DNA from: Octopus bimaculoides
Taxonomy: Eukaryota
NCBI RefSeq assembly: GCF_001194135.2
Contig: NC_068982.1
Span: forward strand, 91,844,979 to 91,877,957
DNA: 32,979 nt
Direction: 5' to 3'
Positions 1 through 10,110 of this stretch are shown here, one piece after another. Numbering within the stretch: position 1 is the first letter of the stretch; the number at the start of each line of letters is the position of its first letter. Under the pieces are notes generated by a model, which did not search any database, had not been told where the DNA came from, and saw only the letters and a list, made by a program, of their open reading frames with translations. The position numbers and the translations under genes are program-made.

Positions 1-41
<41 letters not shown>

Positions 42-56
42 ATATATATATATATA
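1..56. repeat. (TA)n microsatellite
   Basis: Direct: near-pure AT dinucleotide run at the window start. Confidence 0.95.
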
Positions 57-1314
57 GTTAAAACTTACTTGCAAAGATGACGCGTCCGTTTGATCATGTA
101 ATAATACAAATAATATGTGAGTATATGCATATATACGTACATGTATATACATACCTACATTTACATGTATATATAGATGCATATCTGGGTACAGGACATT
201 GCAAAAAAAACGTGGACAAAATGATAAACAGAGCACAGAAAACACACAGGCCACATAGAGAACATTTCCTTCATCAGCTGTCATCATTCTAAAATTAAGC
301 GTTTCGAAGAGTTATATATACACATACTACCTGAATTATCTGGTAATACCTGGAAAAGCAGAGGTTATTTCCAGTCGCCATGCCCATTACACTATTTCAT
401 GTCCTATTCTATTCCCTGTTCAGTTCTTGTTTAAATTACAAATAGATTTACAAATACACAGTGACATGGGATAGATTTACAAATACTAGCAAGTAATACA
501 GTTGAACCATAAAATGGATTGATTGTAATGGTAAGGTAATATCAAAGTTGAATGGGTGGATGGTTGGAATGGTGAGAAGATTGACAATGTGTGACTATAA
601 AACAATTGATTGATGGTTGATTATAATCAATTTTGAAGATCTTCCCTGTTGCTGTCACATTGTGAAATTTAGAAATTACAGCAAAATTTTCAAATTTGGT
701 ACATTAAAATAATTTTCCATGTTAAATTCGATTTTGTTATTTATTTGTTCCAGAAAAATTGCATTAAAATGTTACTGGGGTTTAAAGTTTAATCAATTTT
801 ACTTGGTCAGAAAACAGGATTTGGAAGCTGGCAAAATGGAAACAAAATCATTAGGAGGAGGAATTTTTATTAAACAAACGAAAGCAAAGTAGTACAATGA
901 CCAAACTTGTAAGAACTTTTGAAGTTTTAATGAATAAAGTCAAATAATTTAAAAAGGAAAAAAATCTTCAATGAAGTTTTTTTGCGAAAACTTGCACAAA
1001 TCTGTCCTGATCAAGAGGCTTATCTGTCAGGGAAGGCATGGTCTGACAAGAAATAGACAAAAATTTAAATAGGACATTCTATTGAAAAACTGCCCAACAA
1101 TGGGCTATTCAGCTATGGAAGAAAATAAAAGACTTTATCTATAGTTTTATTGTTTCAGTACATTGGTAAAGTTTTAATAAATCTGTTGTTGGACATATTG
1201 TAAAAGTTTGGACTGAGCATACAATAGTTAATTCAGTAAAGCATATACGTTAAGTGAAAAGTAAAAATTAAAGAACAAAGCATTAAAATTCGCCATTCAT
1301 TTCAGTAAACATGT

Positions 1315-1425
1315 TCTCTCTCTCCCACTCTGTCTCTGTCTCTGTCTCTGTCTCTTATTCTCTCTCTCTCTCTCTCTTTCTCTCACACACACATTTCCTG
1401 TTTCTCTGTCTCTTCCTGTCTCCTC
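1315..1425. repeat. (CT)n/(CTGTCT)n pyrimidine microsatellite
   Basis: Direct: ctctct, tctgtc and caca runs. Confidence 0.85.
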
Positions 1426-1507
1426 TCCTTACCTGATATCAATGACCCTCATTATGTCACCCCATTTCCCTCAACCTAACACTCTTTGCACCCTTCTTAT
1501 TTCATCA

Positions 1508-1681
1508 TATAATAGCCCAAACCCCGTAGGGAGCCCATTATCGACTTTTATTGAAATTCAATTAGCCTATAATTGATCAGAATGTTAGTTTAATATGTAT
1601 GCAAAGTTTCATGAAGATTGGTTTGCTGATATAAGCAGCAAGATGGCGACAAACGGACAGAAATTGCCATTTATATATAAG

Positions 1682-1682
<1 letters not shown>
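1508..1682 (-). mobile_element. Short non-autonomous Helitron-like element
   Basis: Minus strand begins A|TCTTATATATAAATGGCAATTTCTGTCCGTTTGTC...AAACCAATCTTCATGAAACTTTGCATAC. This is the typical 5'-TC Helitron start followed by a gtcc/gttt microsatellite-like tract. The 3' end (small ccc-cgta-ggg hairpin, CTAT instead of CTRR) is degenerate, so the left boundary is approximate. Confidence 0.55.
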
Positions 1683-1711
<29 letters not shown>

Positions 1712-1712
<1 letters not shown>

Positions 1713-2832
1713 AAGTAAATAAATAACAAGGATGTCCAGGTATTAGTGCGTTACGGCCATTTCAAATGACCCCATTTAATCGATCAATGCAAGCATTACA
1801 TTAATAAATAATAAAATTTCTCCATGGTTTTTAAATAAGTTTATCTGTTATAGAATTGATTGTCTTATTTTTTGCCCTTAATCTTTGGTCTTCAGTTAAT
1901 AGGAAATGTGTATCCTTTCTTGGATGAAATTTGAATTTAATTATGGGTTTATTGTGGAATAGGCTTATCAGGACCACCTTAACAGTATGTTAGAATGAAG
2001 CATTATGAGGTTTCTATTTTATATAAAAGTACCCCACTTTTTAGGGCTTAGATTGGTTTATCTATCCTTCTTCTTTTACTTGGTCCTCAAATCCCTTTCT
2101 AAATTTTATTATTTAATATACAAAACATAAATTTTGTTAAATTTAGATATATAATCCCGCCCCATACCCCTAATGCCCACTTAGATCTCATTGTGACCTC
2201 CTTTGTTTTCTATTTTAGGCTTCTTTTAATTGATAATCATAATATAATTTAAGTCACCCCTACCCTTCCTCTTTCTGGATATATACCATTATCTTGCTGG
2301 CATCTTCTGGGGCATGTTCTTTTATGTAGTCATGGTGAATTTATAGTCACTGTAAAATAGGGGTAGAGAAGAATATCTGACATTAATTAATTTATCACCA
2401 GCAGCAAGAACTTAACAGTCAATTCCCAGGGGTTTTAATTATAAGTGGATGTAGAATACTAGCTGCACTGGATTTTTTGATTGTGATAAGGAGAAAGATG
2501 AATGTAGCTATATTACTATGTCTTAACCCCCATTGTTATTCTCTTCTGCCACTCCAAATTATAATAGGTTTTGAGTATTTTCCCCCTAAGTTCATTCTGC
2601 TACAATAATAGCAATAAGCATGTAATTCTTTTATTCTCTACTTTAGATGAAAAATTTGTTAAAAAATTATAATGGAGTACCTTGTATGCTGAAAACCTAT
2701 ATGGTCTTATGCATCCGAGGAAAGCGGGTTATTTCAAATTGATGTAATACTTGCATTGATCGATTAAATGGAGCCGCTTGAAACAGCCATAATGCACTAA
2801 TACCTGGACATCCTTGTTACTTATTTGCTTTT
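1712..2832. mobile_element. ~90-bp inverted arms (1712-1802 / 2742-2832) enclosing ~940 bp of decayed retroelement-like sequence
   Basis: Direct: the left arm aacaaggatgtccaggtattagtgcgttacggcc...atcgatcaatgcaagcattacat matches the reverse complement of the right arm at ~88%. The interior is A-rich on the minus strand with many stops, and its family cannot be assigned. Confidence 0.7.
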
Positions 2833-3477
2833 TATTCATCTAACTTCAAGTTGTGCAGACAATACTGGACTGACTTGGTGCCTCAACTTAAGTACCTATT
2901 TCAACTGAATCTTAATTATATATATATATTAGTCAAAGTGTACAGTATTATATATCCATTTCGACCGATTTTACCAATTGGTTTCATGCTAGGGGTTCAA
3001 CAGAATGTTAGGTAATAATCCAATTGTGTAATCCTTGCTCTTCAGAGATGGCAATTATGGAATACATACATGCATACATACATACATATATTCATACATA
3101 CATTTAATGTGCTTCCTAGAGGTAAGATGAAATTTTTATGATCACCACCCGCAAACGTTTTTGCCAGTATATATATATATATACAGTGAAGCTTTACTAT
3201 AACGTTGTATATTATCGTCTGCTATTTCCAGTAAATATTGGTGCATTGATGTACCACTACCCTATATTTATACTTTAACCTGATGTTGCTTTGTTTTACT
3301 GGGAATCAATACTACTGTATTGCACTATTTAATAATTTCTTTTTTTGAATACTTTTCCACTATTCTTGGCGTGTTAAGGGCCAGGCGTTCAGATGAGTGA
3401 TGCTGGCATTGATGTAGCGACATTTGAAATTTTGTCAAGGTGAATCTAGCCGAAGAAAACTAATCAAATTTACATTA

Positions 3478-3910
3478 ACAAAACCTATGGAAAGAATTAT
3501 TTCACACTGAGTTTATGAACAGGTCTTTTATGAAATATTTATGCCAAAAAGAATTGTCTGTTTAAAGAAGGCTAAATTTTTTAATTCTTATTGTACAAAC
3601 AACTTACATTTTTTGGATCTAGTTTTCTTCCATTCACAAAATATGCATTTTTTTTAAAGACAGTAAAAAATCAGAAAATCGGCTATAATAATAAAGTTTT
3701 CCAGTCTAATTGCTATGAAGGTCTGATGCTGTGGAGGAAAAATTGGAGGAAAAAATTGCAGAGGTTTAAAAATCGAAAAATTGTGTATTCTTAGCCAATA
3801 GCAAGACAGAATTTTTTTGCATTTAGCGGAGCAGTGTCAACTTTAAGGTTGTACCCTGTGAAATTTATAGTTTAGCGTCTGTGAAATGACCTCTTCATTG
3901 TAGGTTTCTA
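3478..3910. mobile_element. Possible degenerate MITE-like element
   Basis: Weak ~28-bp inverted termini: aaacctatggaaagaattatttcaca versus the reverse complement aaacctacaatgaagaggtcatttcaca. No TSD identified. Confidence 0.25.
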
Positions 3911-4910
3911 AATAAACAGAAATACTTAATAAAATCAACACATATCATCTTTTTGTTTCTTTTGTCTCTTCATTGATTGTATGCTTTTATTATTTTTTAA
4001 AATTTGCTATATTAATATATTTGTCTGCATGTGTTTACTTTATGCATATTTCAGTATTACGTATACCTGTCATGTATTTGTGTACACCACTAATATATAA
4101 GTGTGTGTGTATGTGTGATAAGGGGGCGTCTGTTTCCAAAACACCAAAGTTGAGTAACATTTTCATGCTTGGATTTGTAAACTACAATAAGAGTAATACT
4201 TGTCAACAAAGAATTTGTCCCAAGAAAAAGAATACCTGTATCTTATATGTTTTTGCATGCAGAATTCAAAATTAGTGTCAAATTATCTGTACTAAGTTCA
4301 TATATTCCAATAACCTTCATAATGCCAAGAAACTGTATAAACATCACAAACAACTTTTGTTATATATGAAAAATATGTAAAATATAAAGACAATTGATGA
4401 AAAATATCTATAATAAATTTTTAATTGATAAATATAAATGTTTATTTAAACAAAATATACGGATGAAGTAAATCTTGTGGTGTGAAGAATCAACACATGC
4501 GAGTGAAGCACAACACAACATGCGGTTGTCATGGTGACAAGCTGTCAATGCCTTGCTGTCTGTTGGTTGGCTAAAATTACCCCAAATTTCCCAACTTTGA
4601 TTCCAAATAACATCAGATTCTTTAGTTTACAAGATAAAGTAAATGGTTGATCGTAATCAAAATTCAGAGTTACACCTGAGCAAAATTAAACGGGGCTCAT
4701 TTTGCGAATGAAAAAGACTAAATCCCATTTTTGAAATCACATTAACTTTAAAATATTTCTAAATGATTAAAATATTGTGTTTAACAAAAGCGAAAATAGA
4801 AACATTTTTCGTTGTCAAGTCACTGTATAATTGAAAGGTGAGAGCTACTTCCCTTCTAGGATATCTTTTAATGAAATTTTATACAAATACCTTTCAAACG
4901 GCTTAGATTA

Positions 4911-5350
4911 CGATTATAAAGAAATTTGTGGGGAAAACTTTTACCGAGGGGGTGGAGAGAGGACTTTCGAAGGGAAAGAAATTCGTAAATTATTTTTTTG
5001 CTTGAGTGTAATGGAAATAAGTTTGAAAAAAAAATGTTTACATTAATTTATTTTTCGTTTGAGTAATAGAGAAAAAGTTTTGAAAAAGGTTCCAACGGTA
5101 GAGATGTGCTAAAAACAACAGCTTTTTTTTCCATATTCAACATCGTATTTATGAATTTGTTTCTCTCACCATGATATATGGGATCTTTTTTAAAACCTTT
5201 TTCTATTACAAAATGAATCTAAAAAAATTTTTTTTTAACTTTTTTCCATTACACTCAAGTAAAAAAAAATAATTTATGAATTTCTTTCTCTTCGAAAGTC
5301 CTCTCCGCCGCCACTCAGAAAAATTTTCCCCACAAATTTCTTTATAATCG
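4911..5350. mobile_element. Foldback/MITE-like element; ~170-180-bp arms (4911-5092 / 5181-5350), ~90-bp spacer
   Basis: Direct: cgattataaagaaatttgtggggaaaa...gaggactttcgaag.gaaagaaattc.taaattatttttt..cttgagtgtaatggaaa is repeated in reverse complement and ends at ttctttataatcg (5350). Confidence 0.85.
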
Positions 5351-6034
5351 AATTTTCCGAAAGTCTTCTCTCCACCCACCCTTGCTCGTTAGCGCAAATT
5401 TTTGTTTTCATATTTGTTTAACATCTATTATTACACTTTTTTTTTTTGTGAGTAGAAAAGGATATGATTAGTCTTTTCGAATCTATTTTTATAACTTCTT
5501 TGGGGGTTGTTTCCGGTTTTCTTATTGTTGTTGTTTATGGATTGGTTACCTTTTTTTGGTAATCTTTCCTATTAAGATTGTTCATGATGTAATAAATTTT
5601 CAGTGTTCTTAGAAGTGTAACAGGATGATTATTTCATTTGTAGGCATTTCCAAATTACTTTAACAACTTTATCATTAAAATGAAATCAAAACTGTTTATA
5701 TTAAAAAGTTAAATCTTTTAATAAATACAAATATAAATAAAATACTAAGTAGATTGTTTAATAAGTGACTACTAAGAATTTAAATATTCGTTTCGCTAAA
5801 TCAGAATATCCAAGTCTATTTTTGTATTTCCCCAGTTTGTTTCGGTTTCATAAATTGTCCTCAGAGATATGTACTTAAATCACCTTTTTATTTCCCCTTC
5901 TGACAGAGATTTGCTTTCAGAAAACTTTCGCGAATCACACGGGAAATCTGAATATCGAGCAAACGAAAGGACAACTTGATAATTAAAACCCTAATATACA
6001 TTACAAAGAAAGCCATGAATTTTAGCTTGCCTGA

Positions 6035-6091
6035 TAATTTATTTACCAGTCACAGGAAAGCAAAGTTGAACTCAGTGGGATTTGAAACTCG
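6035..6091 (-). mobile_element. Degenerate fragment of the tRNA-SINE family seen at 8847-9063
   Basis: aaagcaaagttgaactcagtgggatttgaaactc resembles aaaggcaaagtcgacctcggcagaatttgaacc of the full copies. Confidence 0.4.
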
Positions 6092-6211
6092 GCTGCGTAT
6101 CACCAGAGTGGAGAGAAAGCGCCATTTAAATTGAGGGACAACTGCGGATATATCAACATAAATATATTGATGCGACGACCGAAAATACAGTTGGCATTAT
6201 ATCCCTATCTC

Positions 6212-6311
6212 NNNNNNNNNNNNNNNNNNNNNNNNNNNNNNNNNNNNNNNNNNNNNNNNNNNNNNNNNNNNNNNNNNNNNNNNNNNNNNNNNNNNNNNNN
6301 NNNNNNNNNNN
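6212..6311. other. Assembly gap (100 N, probably unknown size)
   Basis: Direct. Confidence 1.
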
Positions 6312-6869
6312 GTTTCGTTCTTTCTCGTAAAACTCTGCCATTCTCTCAGTGTCAGTTCTTTGCTGACGAAGTCTTGATTGGTATCATGCCTGGTTGTTTG
6401 CTTGTTGCTGCTGAATTTGTGGCAGCGACGTGTTTTCTCTAGAGTGCTGTTTCCTCAGCCGATCAGTATTTGTCCGTGCTTCTGTTTCTTGTGGTGTTTC
6501 CATTGCACGGCTTTTCTGTGTTCAAGGTCGATTCACATTCCTCCGTGCTTCTCTTTTTCCTGGTCTTTCCATTGCACGGATAACCTGTGTTGTCATCCGA
6601 TTCCCATTCCGCCGTGCTTCTGAATCTTCTGGTCTTTCCATTGCACAGGTTTCCTCTCCCCTCAGCTGATTTGCATTTCTCTGTGTCTCTGTTTCTTCTA
6701 GTCTTTCCATTGCATTTTCTTGCATTTTCATTCGCTTTATTTCGTGACACTGAGAAGACCTAGGTCCTTGTCTGTTTTCTTCAATCAGCGTCTATTGACT
6801 TAGCTCAACAATCTTTTGTGAACAGGAATTTTGGGGGTACAGGTTGTTGCCCTTACTTTTTCTGGGCAT
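6312..6869 (-). pseudogene. Pseudogenised Helitron ORF N-terminus with STPR-like 23-aa repeats
   Basis: One frame from ATG 6869 to the gap, no frameshift, three in-frame stops (6792-94, 6522-24, 6384-86): MPRKSKGNNLYPQNSCSQKIVELSQ*TLIEENRQGPRSSQCHEIKRMKMQENAMERLEETETQRNANQLRGEETCAMERPEDSEARRNGNRMTTQVIRAMERPGKREARRNVNRP*TQKSRAMETPQETEARTNTDRLRKQHSRE...MAEFYEKER. An MPRK start plus E-T-x-E...EAR repeats is characteristic of Helitron RepHel N-termini. Confidence 0.7.
6440..6715. repeat. 4 x 69-bp coding tandem repeat
   Basis: Direct: ccattgca recurs at 6500, 6569, 6638 and 6707, an exact 69-nt period (23 codons). Confidence 0.9.
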
Positions 6870-7001
6870 GGTTGAAAGCGTGAATATTTATGACAATTAT
6901 ACAGTGTAAGTTTTGAGACGATTCAGCTTGTATTCGAGCTAATTTCTCTGAACGGGAAGTTTTCACGGTATTAATTGTAAATATTTACCATGGGAATTTA
7001 T

Positions 7002-7402
7002 TTACAATTACACAACTCTCACTAAACACTATTTTAAAGTGTGATTTTTATGTTGTTGAATTACTCTAAACGAATTTGGCCATAAAAATGTACCGAAAGA
7101 TCACCCGAATTTGACCATAAAAATTTTGGAAATTTAGTATTTTGTTGTGTGTATGAATATGTTATTGAATGTACCGTCGTCTGATATTTCACGCATGCGC
7201 AGTATTCTGAAATAGCAGACATAAAAAGTATGAAAACTTCGGAAACTTCACGCATTCGACTGCATGAAAATAGGTTCGACTAATTTTTTTTATTACCTTA
7301 AAAAATACTGTTCGTTAGAATACCTAGAAATTCGTTTAGAGCAGTTCAATAACATAAAAATTGCACTTTAAGATAGTGTTAGCGAGAATGGTGTAATTGT
7401 AA
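7002..7402. repeat. Inverted repeat, ~76-bp arms (7002-7077 / 7328-7402), ~250-bp spacer
   Basis: ttacaattacac..ctc.ctaa.cacta.t.taaagtg..atttttatgtt.ttgaa.t.ctctaaacgaattt is present in both orientations. The spacer also holds a 19-bp direct repeat (cgaatttgRccataaaaat at 7071 and 7106). Confidence 0.8.
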
Positions 7403-7989
7403 TTTTCACCGAAGACCGACAGTATTTTTTTTTTTTTCAAAATGACACTGATAGAAACATTGGAAAGAACGCAACTGGTTAAGAGAGAATGGAGTAAGAG
7501 AAGTAGTAAATATGTGTGTATGTGAGAGAGAGAGAGTTGTGAGAGGTAACATTGAATGAGAGAGTGAGTTCAATACGGAATATATATATGTGTATATATA
7601 TGTGAAAGAGAAACATCAAAGTAGCACCGAAGGAGACATGGAAAAGAACGGAATTTTGAGTTTTGAGAGGTAACATCTTCTGCAATTCTCTCATCACACT
7701 ACAGCTCTCAATAAGAGAAAGGGGCAGTAAGCATGAGGAATAGTAGGAGAGTTACTGAACAGTGAGAGAGGGGTAATTGTTTTGTCGGATTTTATCAGAC
7801 TGGAACCAGACAGGTTAATTTTCGTGAATCCGGTACCCACGGTTCTTCATGCCAAGTGTGGTCGAAATCTGTCCAGTGGTTGCGGAGGAGTTTGTTGACA
7901 AAATTTTGACAGACACACACACTCACACGTAAATAGTCTGAGAATAACAGTTCTGTAATTTCTTGCTGAACAACCAGCACAAATGTATG

Positions 7990-8182
7990 TGCTGTAAATT
8001 ACTCTCTATCAAATCAACATTGCCTGAACAGATGCCACACGTCAGATGTTGAAGTGATCACAGAGCAACATGAGGTGAAGTGTTTTGATCAAGTACACAA
8101 TACACCACCTTGTTCAAGAATTGAAACCACAAACTTGCGAACGTGGGTGCAACACCCTAACCACTAGGCCATGCACCTTCAC
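7990..8182 (-). mobile_element. tRNA-derived SINE (family B, CORE-like centre)
   Basis: Minus strand: A-box tggcctagtggtta, B-box-like ggtttcaattc, then gtgtacttgatcaaaacacttcacctcatgttgctctgtgatcac (CORE-like) and a 3' segment ending gttcaggcaatgttgatttgat. Confidence 0.7.
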
Positions 8183-8846
8183 ACAATATATATACGTTAA
8201 AATACAGACTTGATTACCAGATTTTATAATTCCTGGAAAATGAGGAATATAGAATATAGAACAGAAACCTCAAGTTCCTAAGAACTCTCCTGGAATACAT
8301 TACAATCTTTATTTTTTATTTCCTTTCACTTTCGTTTAATGATTTAGAGTCTTGGACACTAAAAGGAGAGAATCATAACCACTATTATCCTCCTCATCAT
8401 CATCATTGTCATCTTCGTCACCATTGCTATCAGCATCAATATCACCACCACCATTGTCACAGCCTCTACCACTGCTATGAAATACAGAATGAATGGCTTA
8501 AGTAGGAATTGAAATTGTTTAAAATTTATGTACCACCGTGTAGCGAAGAGACTAACACAAACACAACAGATCGAAATATATGCTGAGATATACTTTATTT
8601 AGGAACAATAAACTGAATATATTTCAAGAATTTCATCACTTTTGTCTTCCATTTCCTTCCAAACAAATTGTTTCCAGTAAAATAATTAGGATCTTACATT
8701 GTTGAAGGAAGTCAATTAACCACAGTCAAAAAGAGTTAAAAATAAAAAGGAAATTAAATAAAATGCAAGTAAATATTTTAATATGGCAACAACAATAATA
8801 ATGATAATAATAAATCAATAATAGTAATAAACATAATAATAATATT

Positions 8847-9061
8847 AATCCTTTCTACTAAAGACACAAGGCCTGAAATTTTGGGGTACAGGACTAGTCG
8901 ATTACATCGACCCCAGTGTTTCAGTGGTACTTAATTTATCGACCTCAAAAGGATGAAAGGCAAAGTCGACCTCGGCAGAATTTGAACCCAGAACGTAATG
9001 ACAGACGAAATGCTGCTAAGCATTTTGCCTGGCATGCTAACAGTTCTGCCAGCTTGCCATC

Positions 9062-9063
<2 letters not shown>
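8847..9063 (-). mobile_element. tRNA-derived SINE (family A), full length, (ATT)n tail
   Basis: Minus strand: agctggcagaactgttagc (A-box) ... gggttcaaattc (B-box) ... tttgcctttcatcctttt...ttaagtacc ... ggccttgtgtctttagtagaaaggatt. At least nine similar copies occur in the window. Confidence 0.85.
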
Positions 9064-9118
<55 letters not shown>

Positions 9119-9390
9119 GAGATTTCTAACATGAGCACAAGGCCATAATTTTTGGGAAAAGAAGGCTAGTTGGTTATATCAACATTGCCTGAACAGGTGC
9201 AGTGGGGCACATGTTAGGTGTCAAAGTGACTGCAGAGCAACATAACTGATACTATTTTTTATCAACTGTGAAAGGATGAAAGGTGAAGTTGACCTTGACA
9301 GAATTTGAACTCAGAACATAAAGGGTTGTGACTAAATACTGCAAGATATTTTATTTAAGCCTCAACAAATTCTGATAATCCCACACATTT
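9119..9390 (-). mobile_element. Diverged family-A SINE carrying a ~60-bp family-B insert (chimera)
   Basis: Flanks align to family A. 9178-9243 aligns to 8013-8070 (atcaacattgcctgaacag...cagagcaacat). Confidence 0.7.
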
Positions 9391-9417
9391 AATAATAATA
9401 ATTATAATAAGGATAAT

Positions 9418-9633
9418 ACTTCTTTCTATTACAGGCACAATGCCTGAAATTTGCAGGGAAGGGCAAGTTGATTACATTGATCCCAGTGCTTGACTGGTAC
9501 TCATTTTATCAACCCTAAAAGTATGAAAGGCAAAGTCAACCTCGGCAGAAATTGAACACAGAATGTAAAGATGGACAAATGCTACTAAGCATTTCGTCCA
9601 GCATTCTAACAACTCTGCCAGCTCTCTGCCTTA
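9418..9633 (-). mobile_element. tRNA-derived SINE (family A)
   Basis: Collinear with 8847-9063 over its full length. Confidence 0.85.
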
Positions 9634-9921
9634 AATACCAACAACAACAACAACAATAATAATTATAATAATAATAATAATAATAATAATCTCTCAGTCA
9701 GAACAGTGATATCTCACTGTACTCAGACATTCTTTGATCCAAAGTTTTTTGTCCATTTTTAAGGGGTTCATAGAGTTTCTATCAAAACCATTCCATTGAA
9801 AAACTTTTCTCTAAATATAAGTAACCAAATTATTGAATGACTGAATCGCATTACCATGAAAACATTACATAAAAATTACTTACAATTTTCGACCTGCATG
9901 TTTATAATTTTCACCTCTTAC

Positions 9922-10110
9922 TGTAGTTAAGATGTCATACTCACAATCACAAGATTGTGGTTTTGATTCCTGGACTGACTGACTGAATGGTATGTTGTGT
10001 TCTTCGGCAAAACAGTGCATTTCACATTGCTTCAGTCTACTTGGTTATAAATGAGTAACCCTGTGATGGACGGGCATCCAGTTCAGGGAAATGTTATGAT
10101 CTTCACTAGC
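9922..10110 (+). mobile_element. tRNA-derived SINE with CORE-like centre (family B-related)
   Basis: tagttaag (A-box remnant), ggttttgattcc (B-box), gtgttcttcggcaaaacagtgcatttcacattgcttcagtc (CORE-like), cctgtgatggacgggcatccagttcaggg. Confidence 0.65.

Larger units (their letters stand above)
6312..7975 (-). mobile_element. Decayed Helitron-superfamily element, 5' part (leader plus start of ORF)
   Basis: The minus strand near 7830-7975 has a Helitron/HINE-type leader: small hairpin, tgtgtgtctgtc tract, then aactcctccgcaaccactggacagatttcgaccacacttggcatg. Downstream is an MPRK-initiated frame with 23-aa charged repeats. The 3' part runs into the N-gap. Confidence 0.65.

Noticed and set aside
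63-100. Minus-strand ATG ATC AAA CGG ACG CGT CAT CTT TGC AA|gtaagt, a possible first coding exon
   Set aside because: Only a good donor; no acceptor or promoter evidence, and it is embedded in microsatellite and repeat-like sequence.
262-310. Hammerhead core halves on the minus strand (CGAAACG ... CTGATGAAGG) in type-II order
   Set aside because: Stem I and stem II cannot be formed canonically and the cleavage-site context is broken. It may be a PLE-end relic but cannot be supported as a ribozyme.
5900-6211. Possible continuation of the Helitron ORF left of the gap (FKWR..., FLCNV..FNY..LSFA)
   Set aside because: It needs several frameshifts, overlaps a SINE-like fragment, and the gap size is unknown; likely over-fitting.
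6378-6750. Cys-rich plus-strand ORFs (6378-6623, 6430-6669) and the alternative minus ORF 6463-6750
   Set aside because: They are shadow frames of the 69-bp repeat; the MPRK/STPR-like frame explains the region.
7990-8182. tRNA-like A/B boxes here and at 9922, 30980 and 31560-31630
   Set aside because: No cloverleaf can be formed, and where sequence continues it runs into SINE body; not tRNA genes.
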